Shown here piece by piece: positions 63,190 to 64,000 of a stretch of 64,000 bases of DNA (the first letter of the stretch is position 1; the number at the start of each line of letters is the position of its first letter). Both the position numbers and the translations under genes were made by a program. The stretch comes from Leucoraja ocellata (lineage: Eukaryota). Location of the stretch: NCBI GenBank assembly GCA_036785375.1, contig JAWMAR010000006.1, forward strand, positions 4,960,001-5,024,000. Reading direction: 5' to 3'. The notes beneath the pieces were generated by a model. That model was not told the origin of the DNA and ran no database searches. It saw only the letters and a program-made list of their open reading frames with translations.

Positions 63190-63355
63190 TATATACCTCA
63201 AGTTTCCCTTCCCCCTGCCTCTCAGTCTGAAGAAGAGTCTTGACCCAAACATCACCTATTCCTTTTCTCCAGAGTTGGTGTCTATTGCACCGTTGCTCAA
63301 GCATTTTGTGTCTATTTTCGATGTAAACCAGCATTTGCAATTCCTTCCTATACAT
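63190..63355 (+). mobile_element. Penelope pLTR element, decayed hammerhead at 63227
   Basis: CTCAGTCTGAAGAAGAGTCTTGACCCAAACATCACC. Confidence 0.8.
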
Positions 63356-63407
63356 ACAGTACTTATAAACAAGTTGTGGTGTACAGTCTTAGAACAAACA
63401 AGTAGTT

Positions 63408-63409
<2 letters not shown>

Positions 63410-63441
<32 letters not shown>

Positions 63442-63474
63442 ACACACATCCACGCGCGCACACACACACCCACC

Positions 63475-63522
<48 letters not shown>

Positions 63523-63565
63523 CACACACACCCACGCGCGCGCACACACACACACACACATACAC
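63410..63565. repeat. Compound (CA)n/(CG)n microsatellite
   Basis: Direct observation. Confidence 0.97.
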
Positions 63566-63875
63566 TAGGGAGGGGCAGGCAGTGTGGACTCGAATTATGG
63601 GGGGGGGGGGTTGCGGAGAGTGTCGGAGGAAAGTTCTGGAATTTTTCTTTGTAAACGCGAATCAATCTTTCAGTCAATTAATAGACTCGACGTTTGAGTC
63701 GATACCTCCCCGTCATACTCTCCCGCCCACCCCGTCACACACTCGCCCTCCCCCTTGTGCGACCCAGTCGGACTGAAGATAGTGGCGTGCAGCATTCTCT
63801 TTCAAGCTGCTGCTGCCATTATCATTGGCAACCCCCAACGCAATGTTCCACCACTCACCAGTTCCCCCAAGGCAA

Positions 63876-64000
63876 CTCTCTCTTTCTCCTTCTGTCTCCC
63901 TTTCTCTCTCTCTCTCTTTCCCCCTCTCCCCCTCTACCCCTCTCCCCCTCTCCGACTCTCCCCTTTTCTCCCCCTCTCCCACTCCCTCTCCCCCTCTCTC
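63876..64000. repeat. Polypyrimidine (C/T) tract
   Basis: Direct observation. Confidence 0.9.

Noticed and set aside
63077-63677. HT/CV-repeat ORFs
   Set aside because: Translations of the (CA)n microsatellite

Overview
Eukaryotic, repeat-dominated non-coding DNA, most likely from a cartilaginous fish (skate/ray). This is inferred from the HE1/V-SINE, CR1, Rex1/Babar and Penelope repeat mix. No intact protein-coding gene is recognisable; the ORF track is almost all repeat-derived. The window holds about 25 tRNA-derived V-SINE copies, about 20 CR1 3' fragments, about 10 Rex1/Babar fragments, two non-autonomous DNA transposons, a 21-bp minisatellite, two assembly gaps and several repeat-free blocks that look like enhancers. 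The main signal is a family of more than 20 short elements carrying a minimal hammerhead-ribozyme motif (CTGAAGA-A-GGGT[TTCG/CTCG]RCCC-GAAA-CGTY). They trace to a decayed Penelope-like (Neptune-type GIY-YIG) element at 18526-19200. They occur as 100-190 bp insertions with their own 10-15 bp target-site duplications (TSDs), several as fold-backs, one joined at the predicted cleavage site. Repeat boundaries were read by eye and are approximate unless a TSD is quoted. Family names come from motif recognition, not database searches.
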